Shown here piece by piece: positions 30,723-41,357 of a stretch of DNA of 64,000 bases (its first letter is position 1; each line of letters starts with the position of its first letter). The stretch is taken from the IMG/VR virus record IMGVR_UViG_3300036768_000279, positions 83,928 to 147,927 of that record; one strand, given 5' to 3'. Under the pieces are notes generated by a model. That model ran no database searches and was not told where the DNA came from. It saw nothing but the letters and a program-made list of their open reading frames with translations. A program made the position numbers and the translations under genes. The stretch is from a virus.

Positions 30723-30924
30723 ATCGCGTCCGCTTACCGCCCTTTGTGCGGTCGTCTTCCGCCTTACAGGTTGGACACTTGGCGACCTTTCGGGTGATGA
30801 TGTAAACTTCATCTGGCTGTTCTTTTTCGTTGCCTGGATTGAGTGTTACCTTGAGTTTGTCACCGTAATAACAGCCTCGGCAATTGCTACACTCAATCAG
30901 CGTGATGGTCTTGGGCGTTTTCAT
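30712..30924 (-). CDS. Small Zn-ribbon protein
   Basis: CSNC...CPTC. Confidence 0.6.
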   Translation of the reverse strand: MKTPKTITLIECSNCRGCYYGDKLKVTLNPGNEKEQPDEVYIITRKVAKCPTCKAEDDRTKGGKRTRYEY

Positions 30925-31435
30925 GTTGCAATCGTTTCTCTAGAAGCTTGATGAGTCTTTTGACGTGCATCGCCACACCTTGGTGAGACATGCCACTGTT
31001 CTTGGCAATCTTACGGAATGATTTACCATTGACATAATGCTCGACCAAAAAGTTGGCGTGCGGTTCTTCGGCTACAGCACCAAAGATAGATCCTAGAAGT
31101 TCACTATCTTCTAGCGTCTTGTCTGTGTATCCGGTTTCGACTGCTTCCATGTCAGCATCAACACGAGCAGACGCAAGACGTGTCTTTTGAAGAATGTAAC
31201 GTAGGATACGACCACGAATGTAGTGATAGGCGTAAGTCGTGAACTTGGCCTTTGTTGAATCGTAGTTCCTAGCAGCACTTAGGAGACCTACCCAAGCTTC
31301 TTGCTCCAGATCCTCTGCCGTAATGAGCGGATCATTCTTGGTAAACGACAAGAACGGACGCAGAATACTGCTAATCAATGCATCCCATTCACTTTGCGGC
31401 AAAGAGTCTAGCGGACTATCGTTCATATGCGTCAA
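30893..31435 (-). CDS. Phage sigma-70-family sigma factor
   Basis: Region 2 EDLEQEAWVGLLSAARNYD..KFTTYAY; region 4 SFRKIAK..GMSHQGV. Confidence 0.85.
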   Translation of the reverse strand: MTHMNDSPLDSLPQSEWDALISSILRPFLSFTKNDPLITAEDLEQEAWVGLLSAARNYDSTKAKFTTYAYHYIRGRILRYILQKTRLASARVDADMEAVETGYTDKTLEDSELLGSIFGAVAEEPHANFLVEHYVNGKSFRKIAKNSGMSHQGVAMHVKRLIKLLEKRLQHENAQDHHAD

Positions 31436-31793
31436 TTTGTGCGACCAACATTGTGATGTACGTGCTCTTCTCGTCGTCGGTGAGAGCCGTCCAATGAGAG
31501 ATTACATCTGTGTTGCCGCCGTTTGGTACTTCTTCGTTACCCACTACTTGACGGTGGCGATATAACACTCGCCCCTCGGTGTCTTGTACTACGAATGTTA
31601 GTACATGGAGGTCTTCATCGTCCAGCAGATGCCAGAAAAACTTGAGCAGTTGATCGAACCGCACCACGGCCTTCTTCGGTTTGCCGCCCCGCTCGATCAG
31701 CACAAAAACAACCTTGTCGTTTTTCTGCCAACCATCTGATTGCAATTCCGCATGAAGTTGTTTTACTCGATCCCAATTGAGTTTGATCGCCAT
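31416..31793 (-). CDS. Hypothetical protein
   Basis: ORF preceded by TTAGTGTA and a GGGGG RBS-like run. Confidence 0.6.
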   Translation of the reverse strand: MAIKLNWDRVKQLHAELQSDGWQKNDKVVFVLIERGGKPKKAVVRFDQLLKFFWHLLDDEDLHVLTFVVQDTEGRVLYRHRQVVGNEEVPNGGNTDVISHWTALTDDEKSTYITMLVAQIDAYER

Positions 31794-31829
31794 GAGACAA
31801 GTACCCCCTTCAAAGGGGATTACACTAAT

Positions 31830-33086
31830 TTAGGCGACCTTTCCGTCTTCGATATAGACTCCCATGCGGTCATCGCTATTGCGACTTGCATACTCAATCC
31901 ATACCTGGAAGTCCTTGTCAGACGCCATTTCACGTACGATAGCCATGCTTTCGTCGTCCAACAATGACCCGTCAGAAATTCTGATGACGCGGAGCGTTGG
32001 GTTGGCTGCCATAGCGATAGCTAGAGAAATCTTCAAGCGTCTAGCGGCAGATGCCTGACAGAACGGAACGTCGGTGCCATCTTCGTTGATGATGCGAACG
32101 CCCTCTGCCGTGACCGTGAAGCCCTTGACGGGCAACGGTGCCGATTCTAGAGCCTCGGCCTTTTCAATGTCAATGAGTTCCATCTTTGCATTCAAAGACG
32201 TAATCTCGGCCTCCACTTTGTCCAGTGCCGTACGTAGCTTGCGATACTCAAGCACTTCACGAGCACGCTTGTTATTGACTTCGATATCTTTGAGCTGGCT
32301 CTGCAAGAACGCTACGTCGATTGGCTCAATCTTGTTAAGTTCAGCGGTGTTAGACTCAATGATTGTCTTTGCATCAGCTACAACTTTTTGAAGACGAACA
32401 ATCTCCGCCTCGGCGGATGCAATACTTGTCGTTAGCCGAATGTTTTCTGACTGCAAATCCTTGATACGTTGATTGACAATCATCGCTTCGGAAATTGCTG
32501 TCGTCAATTCCAGGCTCGATAGCTCCTCGGATGGTTCCGCATCGGTCGGCGGTTTCAAATTGGCGAGCAAGCTCGCCAGTCTCTTCTTCTCACGATTGGC
32601 ATCGGTGCGGGCATCATAAGCCGCTTGCTTACGAGCATCAAAATCAGCTAGATTCAGTTTGCCATCCGTGATCTTGAAAAGGAGATCCGACAGCATCGTA
32701 CGCTGCTCTTGCTCGCTCTTACGAGAGAACTCCCAAGGATCGAAAGACAAGTCTCCGATCATGCCGTCGAGTAGCTTCTGCGGTCCGGTTACCTTATTGC
32801 CGTCTGATGTACGAACCTCAAGAGTGCTGCCATTCTCCGTGAAGCGTCGAGTGACAATGTATTCGCCCAGGTCCAGTGTAATGAAGCCATTCTTCTCTCC
32901 ATTGCGGAGAGGCTGTGGCATGGACTTGGAGGCCGCACGATATTGCAGTGCCGACCAGATAGCGTCGATGACAGATGTCTTGCCATTCTCATTCTTACCA
33001 CTGATGACTACCACATCATCGGTGGGAGAGATTTGGACGGCCTTGAGACGCTTGAAATTCTCTGCTTGTAGTTGGATGATTTTCAT
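31830..33086 (-). CDS. SMC/Rad50-like ATPase
   Basis: ENFKRLK, GKNENGKTS, coiled coil, IRISDGSLLD. Confidence 0.85.
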   Translation of the reverse strand: MKIIQLQAENFKRLKAVQISPTDDVVVISGKNENGKTSVIDAIWSALQYRAASKSMPQPLRNGEKNGFITLDLGEYIVTRRFTENGSTLEVRTSDGNKVTGPQKLLDGMIGDLSFDPWEFSRKSEQEQRTMLSDLLFKITDGKLNLADFDARKQAAYDARTDANREKKRLASLLANLKPPTDAEPSEELSSLELTTAISEAMIVNQRIKDLQSENIRLTTSIASAEAEIVRLQKVVADAKTIIESNTAELNKIEPIDVAFLQSQLKDIEVNNKRAREVLEYRKLRTALDKVEAEITSLNAKMELIDIEKAEALESAPLPVKGFTVTAEGVRIINEDGTDVPFCQASAARRLKISLAIAMAANPTLRVIRISDGSLLDDESMAIVREMASDKDFQVWIEYASRNSDDRMGVYIEDGKVA

Positions 33087-33240
33087 GGTGTGCCACCGTC
33101 GTATGACTCGTGAAAATGAATTCGTTCTGCCTCGTCAATTGGTCGTGGAGTATACATACGCTCTCGATACTCCTCATCCCTTTATGATCCACTGTTTTAG
33201 GAGGTTGTGGAAGGCATCCATGTTAACTGTGGACCAAAAT

Positions 33241-33822
33241 CTATCTTGCAAATTCAAATGTCACTTGATCCGTTACTACAGGCAATCCACCACTTCCTAT
33301 CATAGCATTCCACAACAATTTATCATGATTGTCTTGCGGCATCCATCCTGCTGTGCATTTGAATAGCTCACGAGTGTGAGCCATGCCTACTGTCAGTATG
33401 TCAGTTGTGTTAGGCTGTCCGATCTTGCGGACGGTATCTTTCGAGCGAGAAGACTTGTGTCTCCATGAGAAGGGCTGACCAGAGGTACGCACCATTGTAG
33501 CTTGCGGATGCTCAGAAAGCAAGCTTGAAATCGTTGAAAGGTGGTTGGGGAGCCACACATCGTCGTCATCGATGTACGCGATCCATGGATTTGCACCCAT
33601 GGCAATACCTCTATTGCGAGCCCATGCTCCAAAGTCTTCGTGGCACGGACCATTGGCACCGACAACAGTGACTCGCGGATCTTCCACTAGATACTCTAGA
33701 CCGCCAATACCATCACACATCACCCACAACTGCCAATCGGCGTAGTCTTGGTGTAGAACTGACTCAATCGCATGTAGCAGGCTGAGACGCCCTACGGACG
33801 GCAGGATGATGTCGAATTTCAT
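33241..33822 (-). CDS. Glycosyltransferase family 2
   Basis: [19 protein letters not shown]; start at MKFDIILP. Confidence 0.85.
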   Translation of the reverse strand: MKFDIILPSVGRLSLLHAIESVLHQDYADWQLWVMCDGIGGLEYLVEDPRVTVVGANGPCHEDFGAWARNRGIAMGANPWIAYIDDDDVWLPNHLSTISSLLSEHPQATMVRTSGQPFSWRHKSSRSKDTVRKIGQPNTTDILTVGMAHTRELFKCTAGWMPQDNHDKLLWNAMIGSGGLPVVTDQVTFEFAR

Positions 33823-34087
33823 GACCAGAAATGTACGTATTATCTTGTGTAAATTCGTGACCTCGTTTACAGTGCGTTTTCTTTGTGGCAGAAGCGGCTT
33901 GTGTATTGCCACGCATCAGATTAGTGCGATATGTTACTGGCTCTAAGTGCGTCGGATTAACACACGCCCTATTTCTACAGACGTGATCAAGCTGAGTGCG
34001 TTTGGGATTTTCCCAACAAGTTGTGTGTAAGCATACCTATGAGCACGCCATCGTTTATAGTTACATTTAATTGACACGGTACTTCAT
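33819..34087 (-). pseudogene. Frameshifted HNH endonuclease remnant
   Basis: RAHRYAY in one frame and [21 protein letters not shown] in another. Confidence 0.8.
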
Positions 34088-34572
34088 CTGAGAGGTCGCC
34101 AAATGAATTTCGAGACAGGTATCTTATATGACATCTTAGAGCCAAAACCTTGCCACGGAATTACTTTGCAAGTATCTATGATATCTTGTAACGCCGCCGT
34201 TTTAAGCATTGTGTATTGCGGAATCTTTTCATTAGATCCATTGATCATTAGGATGGTTGCACCATCCCGTACATACGACTTCACTTGAGAGACTTTCAGG
34301 TGAAAGAACTTATCCAAAAGAGGCTTGGAGAACTTGACTTCAATCTTACCATATCCCTCAACATTGAAGTCGGGATCCATTGACACTTCTTTGTCTGTCA
34401 ATAGTTCGCCAGTTTGGCCACAGCCGGTATCAGTGTATGCCGGTCTCTTGCCGCTAATGCGTTCAATGAGATCAAGCCACAAAATGAATAGGGCTCGCTC
34501 CTCTTGAGTGCGAGACTTGATGTCTTTTTTGAACTGATCTTCTGAGCGATTGTCGTAACGATAGCTGCTCAT
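34084..34572 (-). CDS. PD-(D/E)XK nuclease-like protein
   Basis: DPDF...IEVK. Confidence 0.5.
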   Translation of the reverse strand: MSSYRYDNRSEDQFKKDIKSRTQEERALFILWLDLIERISGKRPAYTDTGCGQTGELLTDKEVSMDPDFNVEGYGKIEVKFSKPLLDKFFHLKVSQVKSYVRDGATILMINGSNEKIPQYTMLKTAALQDIIDTCKVIPWQGFGSKMSYKIPVSKFIWRPLR

Positions 34573-34989
34573 TGCACAATACTCCGTAACCAGTTCTTGC
34601 ACTCTCTTGCAGTGCCAGTGCCTTTGGCTCTATTACAGAACTTGCAATACGGTACGCAATTCTTTATTGTATAACCAATATCATTGTTCAGTCTGTCGAT
34701 TCCATTTATCACACTCGGCCGCAGTCAATCGCCAACTAAGTCCACGCTTTTTGGCTTGAAGCTTGTACTGTTGCCATATTCTGTTACGGCAAGATTGACC
34801 GACGCCAAGTTTTCTAGTACAGCCACAACTTGTCGTTCTTCCCTGCGTCAAATGTCCAGTTTGGATCCATGATTCTCTATCACAGTCACAGACACATTGG
34901 CGAAGTATCTGACCGTTGCGACGTTTCACTTTGCCGGTGACGATCAATTTGCCAAAACGTTTATGACTTAGGTCGAGAAAAGAACTCAT
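34569..34989 (-). pseudogene. HNH endonuclease with deletion and frameshift
   Basis: DLSHKRFGKL, CVCDC, SCGC, then NGIDRLNNDIGYT..NCVP.CKFCNRAK in another frame. Confidence 0.8.
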
Positions 34990-35585
34990 TGAGTTAGACG
35001 CTTTATTACGTCTTCCTCAGAAAGCACCTTGCGGAATTTATGCAACACGCGGAAGCAAGCGATCGAATCAAACAGAGCGGTGTGGAACTTGTTCTTGCCA
35101 ACATCTGCCATGTCGATATTGAATGCCTTGACCGCCTGCGTCAAGGACGCCCCAGACTTCACGTTGTCATTGCCAGTAAACAAACGCACAACCGGCAAGG
35201 AGTCAATAAAGCGATACGTGAAGTTGGCCTCAAATTGCTGCGGCTCAATGCCGTAGATCTGATACGCCATCATGCGTACGTCATGTTGAGTGTTGTGGCC
35301 ACCCATAATCTGGGCACCATGATCATGCCACAAGTCCATGAACTTGTCCCGAATTTCTTCGGTAGTAATACCCTCAGAGAACGCCTGAGAGGGCGTGATT
35401 CCATGGATCTCTATAGCCTGGGGCGTAAACTTGTAATCATTGATCGATGGCAGTTTGTGCAGAGCTTCAAACTGAGAAATGATCTCGCCAGTTTCAAGAT
35501 CGCCAACAAGGGCACCTATGGAAAATACCGAGTGGACCTTAGGATCAAGGCCACCCGTCTCTGTATCCATAATCATAATTCGCAT
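34986..35585 (-). CDS. DEDDh 3'-5' exonuclease (DnaQ-like)
   Basis: DTETGG, GHN..HD, HTALFD. Confidence 0.9.
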   Translation of the reverse strand: MRIMIMDTETGGLDPKVHSVFSIGALVGDLETGEIISQFEALHKLPSINDYKFTPQAIEIHGITPSQAFSEGITTEEIRDKFMDLWHDHGAQIMGGHNTQHDVRMMAYQIYGIEPQQFEANFTYRFIDSLPVVRLFTGNDNVKSGASLTQAVKAFNIDMADVGKNKFHTALFDSIACFRVLHKFRKVLSEEDVIKRLTQ

Positions 35586-35833
35586 TATTTGTTTTTCTTT
35601 CTATAATAGAGGTCTAAGCATTTTTGATTATGGCAAACAACATGATCTAGCTGTAGACCACATTCAATAGCACCGTACATGAATTTGTAAATCCATCTAT
35701 GTGCCTGTACCCACTTGCCATTCGAATGATATCTACCATAGCCATCACGTTTGCCAGCAAGCCAACTCCAGCACCCTCCATTAGGTTCAATACGAACCTT
35801 ACTCATGAAGCGTGCTGGAATTTCTTTATTCAT
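35585..35833 (-). pseudogene. Truncated HNH endonuclease
   Basis: RFMSKV..GCW.W..GYG..AHR..LDH..CHN..C, then the second half of the motif is lost. Confidence 0.75.
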
Positions 35834-36267
35834 GCTACAGCTTGGCTATTGACCGCCTTCACGGCCTCGTCGAACATGCCGACGATCTTCTTCCACTGGT
35901 CGTCACGAGACATAGGCGTACGAACAACTACGTTACCAAGCTTGCCAACATTTGCAAACGTGGCGTCGCTACAAGTATGGTCTGGCTTAAATGCCTTGCG
36001 GAATTCGCGGACGATTGCACGAGCATCAGCCTTTTCGGGCAAGTGCTCTACAATACCAACGAACTTGACATTTCCATTGCCTTCAATCGTGCTCACAATA
36101 CGCTGAGCGAGAATGTGACGGGCCAGCTTGCGGTTGAAGCTATCGCCATCACGAACGAAGCCAACTGCCATGTATGCAACGCCAGCAATCACGGCAATGC
36201 CAACACTGATACCGTCATTGGGACGGTGAGAAAAGGCCATCGAGTCGATGAGATCACAAACCTTCAT
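35830..36267 (-). CDS. Hypothetical protein
   Basis: ORF in operon; DSFNRKLAR motif. Confidence 0.65.
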   Translation of the reverse strand: MKVCDLIDSMAFSHRPNDGISVGIAVIAGVAYMAVGFVRDGDSFNRKLARHILAQRIVSTIEGNGNVKFVGIVEHLPEKADARAIVREFRKAFKPDHTCSDATFANVGKLGNVVVRTPMSRDDQWKKIVGMFDEAVKAVNSQAVA

Positions 36268-36448
36268 TTGGTGTTTGTCCTTGTGCGTTTTGCACAGGTG
36301 GTTGCACTTGGCTAAGCATAGACAGTGCTAGGAAAAGGTTAATGGTAACTCCGATTGGAGCACCGACATTAGTTGTACGGAGAGCGGCCATCAAAATACG
36401 AGCCTCGTCCCCGGACAATGCGATATTGGGTTGTGCTTGGTCAGCCAT
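36254..36448 (-). CDS. Hypothetical protein
   Basis: Small ORF overlapping both neighbours. Confidence 0.55.
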   Translation of the reverse strand: MADQAQPNIALSGDEARILMAALRTTNVGAPIGVTINLFLALSMLSQVQPPVQNAQGQTPNEGL

Positions 36449-37208
36449 TGATCAGTCCTCGTGCTTTCAAAACGCCACGTACGTAGTTTTCAAGATCCTC
36501 AAACGAGCCGTTATTCTGATACGTGTTCTCGAAAGTAAACCCGTCCAAAGCAACCTCGCTGGGGTGATTATCCACAAACCCAGTAGACCTCTCAAGTCTA
36601 ATGATGACGCCGCCAGCGTCTTCTGTCACGCTCTTTTCATTGGGAAACCGACAATCTGTCAAGATTACTACGTCGGCATCACCCCAATTACGATTGAATG
36701 GAGCTTTAGCCCATACCTGATCGTACATAGCTCGGAAGATGTCCGTCCCCACAATTTGCAGCACTTCGCGATTAGTCATTGGGCCGCTACGAGGCAATGA
36801 CTGTGAGCGTGTCTCTGGCACGTCGCTAAATGAATCATACCCCTGATTGTAGATAGCAAACTCATTGCTGTATTTCAAGCGGACTTCAAGTGGGAGGCCA
36901 TCCCACATGATATGAGAAAGCGAGTTCTTTTGTGCGTCTGTACCATACACGCCCTCTGGCTTCAAGCCAAGGATCTCGACACACATACGCTTGAGTGGTT
37001 CTGCAAAAGCGGTTAGCACCGTTTTCTTGCCATACTCTGCCATGATCTTTACGATCATGTTAGCTGCTGTATCTTTGCCAACCTGCTTCTTGCCAGATAG
37101 TGCAATGAATGCCGGACGAGTATGGGGGGTGTTTTTAGACATATCTTTCAAGTCCATGCACAACGACACCGCTGGCTCGCCATAGTCTACTTCATCAAAC
37201 CAGTTCAT
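36441..37208 (-). CDS. Deoxynucleoside monophosphate kinase
   Basis: SGKKQVGKDT, FAEPLK, REVLQIVGTD, DCRFPNE, HPSE. Confidence 0.88.
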   Translation of the reverse strand: MNWFDEVDYGEPAVSLCMDLKDMSKNTPHTRPAFIALSGKKQVGKDTAANMIVKIMAEYGKKTVLTAFAEPLKRMCVEILGLKPEGVYGTDAQKNSLSHIMWDGLPLEVRLKYSNEFAIYNQGYDSFSDVPETRSQSLPRSGPMTNREVLQIVGTDIFRAMYDQVWAKAPFNRNWGDADVVILTDCRFPNEKSVTEDAGGVIIRLERSTGFVDNHPSEVALDGFTFENTYQNNGSFEDLENYVRGVLKARGLING

Positions 37209-37252
37209 GTAACAACATTCTTGTGAAAATTCTAGGAGTCTGTGTCAAACTC

Positions 37253-37654
37253 CTAAGGTGTACGCAACAGCTTGGCCGGTGTATGAGCACTTGGCGTGAT
37301 TAGTTGCAAATCGGCAGAAAAGCACGGTTGTCCAAACACTTGGGCCATTTGGTATTCAATCGTGGCCCCCTTTGATTCTTGCCAATCGGGCAGAAACACT
37401 ACCGCGTCACAGATTGCTTGCTGTCTAATTGCATGTCTCATGCAAATAGCCCAGCCTTCTTTGAACTCCTGCGGATCGTCGAGTCTCAGGTATGCTGGCC
37501 ACGATGTACGACGTGGATTTTCTACATCAAATCCCATCGCATGGAGGCGATCTTCCATTTCGGCAAACGCCTCCTTGTTGCCATTCGGCTTGCCTGAGAT
37601 ACCTCCACTGATATACACGCGGAGACGCTTCTTGATGTCATTTAGACTAGTCAA
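37253..37654 (-). CDS. DUF4406 (nucleoside deoxyribosyltransferase-like)
   Basis: VYISG, ENP, CDAVVFLPDWQESKGATIE. Confidence 0.85.
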   Translation of the reverse strand: MTSLNDIKKRLRVYISGGISGKPNGNKEAFAEMEDRLHAMGFDVENPRRTSWPAYLRLDDPQEFKEGWAICMRHAIRQQAICDAVVFLPDWQESKGATIEYQMAQVFGQPCFSADLQLITPSAHTPAKLLRTP

Positions 37655-38417
37655 TGTATTTCACCTTTTCTTGCAAAATAGATGGGTTGTTGGCAACTGC
37701 CACGAGCACGTCATTGATAGTTCCATCACAAATTGAATAGCCCTGTTTGGCGTACTTCAACATGCGACGCACTGTCGAAAGTGCGTGGTGTACGTTGTTG
37801 ACACGCAATTGCTTTCGACCAATGTCATACAGAGTGTATTGCCCCACCATAAGCGTATTGCCATCGGTGAGGAATTGACAATTGGTGTAATCAAACCACT
37901 CAAGAACCTCTTCCGGGCTACCGAAATAGAACTTGATTAGTTGTAGCTTGAATGGCTTTGATTGAGGAGCATCAACGGTTGGCGTGAGCGTGACTTCAAG
38001 CGTCACATTCAATTCATTCTCACTAATCACCTTGGTAGTTCTCCATGGTGTATTGAGAGTGTCTTTGAATGATTGAAGTTGTGCTTCGCTGGCAAAGAAT
38101 AGATCGAAATCGCTTTCGTCGTTGTTGCCATCGAAGAGACGACGAATCGAGCCACCAGCGAGCCACGGTCCAACAACAAAATTCAATGGCTGAATTCCAT
38201 TGACCACTTCCATGAAGCGGGCTGGATATCCGGTGGTTGGATTGTAGTGCTGACGAGCTACAAACTCAGTCAGTTTGAGGCAATACTGTTTGCCCGCCAA
38301 TCTCGTCTGCAATTCTGAATTCGAATCCATAAGCTCTCTCCAGTTCTTTACCTCATTATCGTTTGTCGTGTAGCCAATACGCAAGGGCTTGTTATCAGGA
38401 TTCTTGCGTTCACTCAT
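37647..38417 (-). CDS. Pol-beta-fold nucleotidyltransferase
   Basis: LAGGSIR, DFDLFF, FDYTNCQ, R..KY...GY. Confidence 0.7.
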   Translation of the reverse strand: MSERKNPDNKPLRIGYTTNDNEVKNWRELMDSNSELQTRLAGKQYCLKLTEFVARQHYNPTTGYPARFMEVVNGIQPLNFVVGPWLAGGSIRRLFDGNNDESDFDLFFASEAQLQSFKDTLNTPWRTTKVISENELNVTLEVTLTPTVDAPQSKPFKLQLIKFYFGSPEEVLEWFDYTNCQFLTDGNTLMVGQYTLYDIGRKQLRVNNVHHALSTVRRMLKYAKQGYSICDGTINDVLVAVANNPSILQEKVKYID

Positions 38418-39487
38418 TCGCTTGCCAAAACCTTTCCCTTTTCGTCTTTGACCTTTTCAAGGACGATTTTCCAGATCTTGTCATTTATGCTCTTCTTGTC
38501 CAAAAGACCGAATACGATACCAGTGAGTTCGTTTGGCGTATTAGCCTGAATCCACAACGCCTGCGTCTTGCGGTCCCCCTCGGGGATGCGAGCGGCGATA
38601 CTCTCGGCTTGGATACGAAGCTTATCATGCATTCCCTGTACGTAGGCACGAATGTCATCAAAATCCTGCTGAATTCCTTGCGGCAATTCCTTGACGGTGA
38701 CGCCGTATTCATTGCCACGAATTAGCTCAATGATACCCTTGGGGCTCATGTGATTGAGCAGTCTGTGGACACGGAGATACGCAGGCGACTTCACCTTGAC
38801 TCGCTTACCGCTCGCAAAACGGGCGACGTAGCCCTCTTCGTTCGACGCAAACGGAATTTCGCCGCGTAGGTCGATGTTGTAACGACGAGGACGACGGAAT
38901 CCGCACTTATCCGCGATCTGATCGACACGACGAGGATGCCATTCTTCGCCATTATGCTCGAAGATTGCGAGCAGACACAAGAAGGTCTCGCCTTTATAAT
39001 CTACGACGATACGGTTTTCGGGATAGATAATCTCGAAGATCGGCGTGCAACCCTGAGGCAAGTGCTCCAGAGTGTACTGCGAATTGAGGATGGCGGTACC
39101 CGCTACGGCTTGATCCGACTCCATGCTACCCGGCGTGGCCAAACGCCAACGACCATCTAGCATGTAGCCAATGCCACACGAGCCATCGAGCTTTTCGTAG
39201 ATCTCGACTTCCTCATGCCACGGCAGATTCTCCACCATGCTTTCCGAGACTTCTCCCAGGTTGAAAAACTTAGGAAAAGGTCGTGCAACGACCGTGCCAT
39301 CGTCTCGGAAAATGATACCACGAGCCTGACGGTTCACGTCGTTCCAGAGACCCTGGATGTGAGTGTCCTGGGTGTACTTGAAAATCGTCAGGTCGCCCAT
39401 CCGCGACGCGGATACGCGACCTTCCTCAACTTCCTTGAGGAGCTTTTCGTAGAGGATGTAGTCTTTCATTTCCAGTATCCGTCTCAT
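38414..39487 (-). CDS. T4 Rnl1-type RNA ligase
   Basis: ARGIIF, RPFPKFFN, EKLDGS, FEIIYPENRIVVDY, EGYV, RVKVK. Confidence 0.9.
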   Translation of the reverse strand: MRRILEMKDYILYEKLLKEVEEGRVSASRMGDLTIFKYTQDTHIQGLWNDVNRQARGIIFRDDGTVVARPFPKFFNLGEVSESMVENLPWHEEVEIYEKLDGSCGIGYMLDGRWRLATPGSMESDQAVAGTAILNSQYTLEHLPQGCTPIFEIIYPENRIVVDYKGETFLCLLAIFEHNGEEWHPRRVDQIADKCGFRRPRRYNIDLRGEIPFASNEEGYVARFASGKRVKVKSPAYLRVHRLLNHMSPKGIIELIRGNEYGVTVKELPQGIQQDFDDIRAYVQGMHDKLRIQAESIAARIPEGDRKTQALWIQANTPNELTGIVFGLLDKKSINDKIWKIVLEKVKDEKGKVLASE

Positions 39488-40719
39488 GCGAGAGCCCTGG
39501 CTCTAGCCTGTTCCATCTTGGCTCTGATCTTCTCGCCATCGCGAAGCGACGCGAATTGGTCACCACGAACAGTACGGAACTTATCTGCCGCGTCAAGCAC
39601 GGCTTGACGCTGCGGGTACGGCTTGTCATGGAACAGCGGGCCACGTCCTTGAGCATCCGCCTGAGCGGCCAACGTCACTCGTTCGATGAGCGTATTTCCG
39701 TGAGCGGCTCCGAGTCTATCGAGGAGCCGCACCTTCGTCATCGGCTTCAATTCATTGAAACGGTGAACGTTCAAGTGCTCGCGAGACGCGGCAACGCCAA
39801 CGTCACGCATAGCATTCGGAACCTTCAAACGCTCACAGAATTGATGCACAAGAGGCACGCCAAGTGCTTCGTGATTGTAGTGGTGCGGAAGATTGTCGTC
39901 ATCCGTCACGGCCTTGCCTAGATCATGTACGAGTGCCGCAAACATCGTAGCGTCATCCGCTCCGAGTTCGCGTGCTCGGTCCACAACCAGAAGCGTATGA
40001 ACGAACGCATCGCCTTCCGGGTGGTGCTGCTCGGACTGAACGCGACCTTGCAGTGCCGCAAGCTCTGGAAACACCACATCTAGACAATTGAACACGTCCA
40101 GTGATTCGAAGAACTTGCTTGGCCGTTGCGAACGCAACGCCTTCATGAGTTCCGTGAATACCCTCTCTTGCGAAAGAGAGTTAAGCTCGCCACGCAAGAA
40201 TTGGCACATATGAACAAGCTCCCACGTAGGCTCGAAGCCGCATTGTGCGGCGAACCTTGCGGCACGCAACACACGCAGCGGGTCCTCTAGAAAGTGTTCG
40301 CTCACAGGAGCCAAACACTTTTCAGAAATCGCCTTGCGGCCACCAAACGGATCGATGATTTCGTCCGTGAATGGATTCATGGCCATCGCATTGATCGTCA
40401 AATCACGACGGAACAAATCTTCATGCAGCGAAACGCCATCCGTTTCACACTCGAATCCCGTGTGTCCAGCACCGATCTTGCGTTCTTTGCGAGCAAGTGC
40501 AATTTCGATACCGTCAACGATCAAAATAGGAAACGACTTACCAACGGGCTGTTCACCTTCCGGCAGGGCAGCCAAAAGCTGTTGCATCGTCATGCCAACT
40601 ACGCACAGGTCCACATCCTTGGCCTGTCTGCCCATGACTAGATCGCGTACGGCTCCGCCAACCACAAACGGCTGGCCGCCAGCCGCCTGGATGCGGCGAC
40701 ATAGATCAAGATGCTTCAT
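39484..40719 (-). CDS. cca: CCA-adding tRNA nucleotidyltransferase with HD domain
   Basis: VGGAVRD, DVD, RRDLTINAMA, EDPLRVLR, HDLGK. Confidence 0.95.
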   Translation of the reverse strand: MKHLDLCRRIQAAGGQPFVVGGAVRDLVMGRQAKDVDLCVVGMTMQQLLAALPEGEQPVGKSFPILIVDGIEIALARKERKIGAGHTGFECETDGVSLHEDLFRRDLTINAMAMNPFTDEIIDPFGGRKAISEKCLAPVSEHFLEDPLRVLRAARFAAQCGFEPTWELVHMCQFLRGELNSLSQERVFTELMKALRSQRPSKFFESLDVFNCLDVVFPELAALQGRVQSEQHHPEGDAFVHTLLVVDRARELGADDATMFAALVHDLGKAVTDDDNLPHHYNHEALGVPLVHQFCERLKVPNAMRDVGVAASREHLNVHRFNELKPMTKVRLLDRLGAAHGNTLIERVTLAAQADAQGRGPLFHDKPYPQRQAVLDAADKFRTVRGDQFASLRDGEKIRAKMEQARARALA

Positions 40720-40724
40720 GCCCT

Positions 40725-40753
40725 ATTCTAGCTTACGCGGTAGGTGTAGTCAA
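40725..40753 (-). promoter_or_regulatory. sigma70 promoter for a leaderless cca transcript
   Basis: TTGACT-17-TAGAAT with ATG 5 nt downstream. Confidence 0.75.
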
Positions 40754-41011
40754 CTTCTTTCTAATATCCATCAACGCCTTACCAAGGAAATTACTTCCTT
40801 TGCCGTTACAGACACCCCAGAACGTATCATTCCAAGTATTGCCTTCAATCAATTCGGCGTCGCCAGTAGCTATCAATTGGTCTCGAAGCCACGGCTCTTT
40901 GAATTTGGCGGCAAGAATGTCGGCCGAAATGCATTCTCTGACGACGGGTATGTCCTCGTATTCGACCTCGCAGGGCCAAAAGTTACTCAGGAAGCGGAAT
41001 TCGCCTGACAT
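40733..41011 (-). pseudogene. NADAR-family gene with internal deletions
   Basis: FLSNF; TYPSSENAF out of frame; central helices missing; LIEGNTWNDTFWG, N.LGK.LM. Confidence 0.8.
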
Positions 41012-41285
41012 TCTTTTCAAAGCGATTGCACTCCGTCACCTTATTGAACACGAGCGGCGAGAACTTGGCATTCCAAAAGCACGCAGAACGAATCTTGTTC
41101 ATCTCTACAGAGATCTGATTCATGCCAGGCTCTTCGCCCTGTCCTTCAAACGGATTTCCAGGCACTATGCCGGGCTGCATGAAGGTTTGCGTGTCACTAT
41201 CGTGAAGAACCATACCGTGCTTGCAATTCCAGCACAGGCTATCTTGAGGCCGCAAGATCTCTTCGTCTTCATCCGACATATTCAT
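40983..41285 (-). CDS. Hypothetical Cys-containing protein
   Basis: CWNC..CFW..C; upstream TTGACA-17-TATTAT. Confidence 0.6.
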   Translation of the reverse strand: MNMSDEDEEILRPQDSLCWNCKHGMVLHDSDTQTFMQPGIVPGNPFEGQGEEPGMNQISVEMNKIRSACFWNAKFSPLVFNKVTECNRFEKNVRRIPLPE

Positions 41286-41338
41286 TGCCTCCATAATAGG
41301 ACGAGGACTGGCTTGTGTCAAGCCCGTCCTCGTAAAAC

Positions 41339-41357
41339 TTGAGCCGTCTCGGCTCAG
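41339..41357 (-). terminator. Terminator after ssb
   Basis: GAGCCG-AGA-CGGCTC followed by a T run. Confidence 0.6.
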
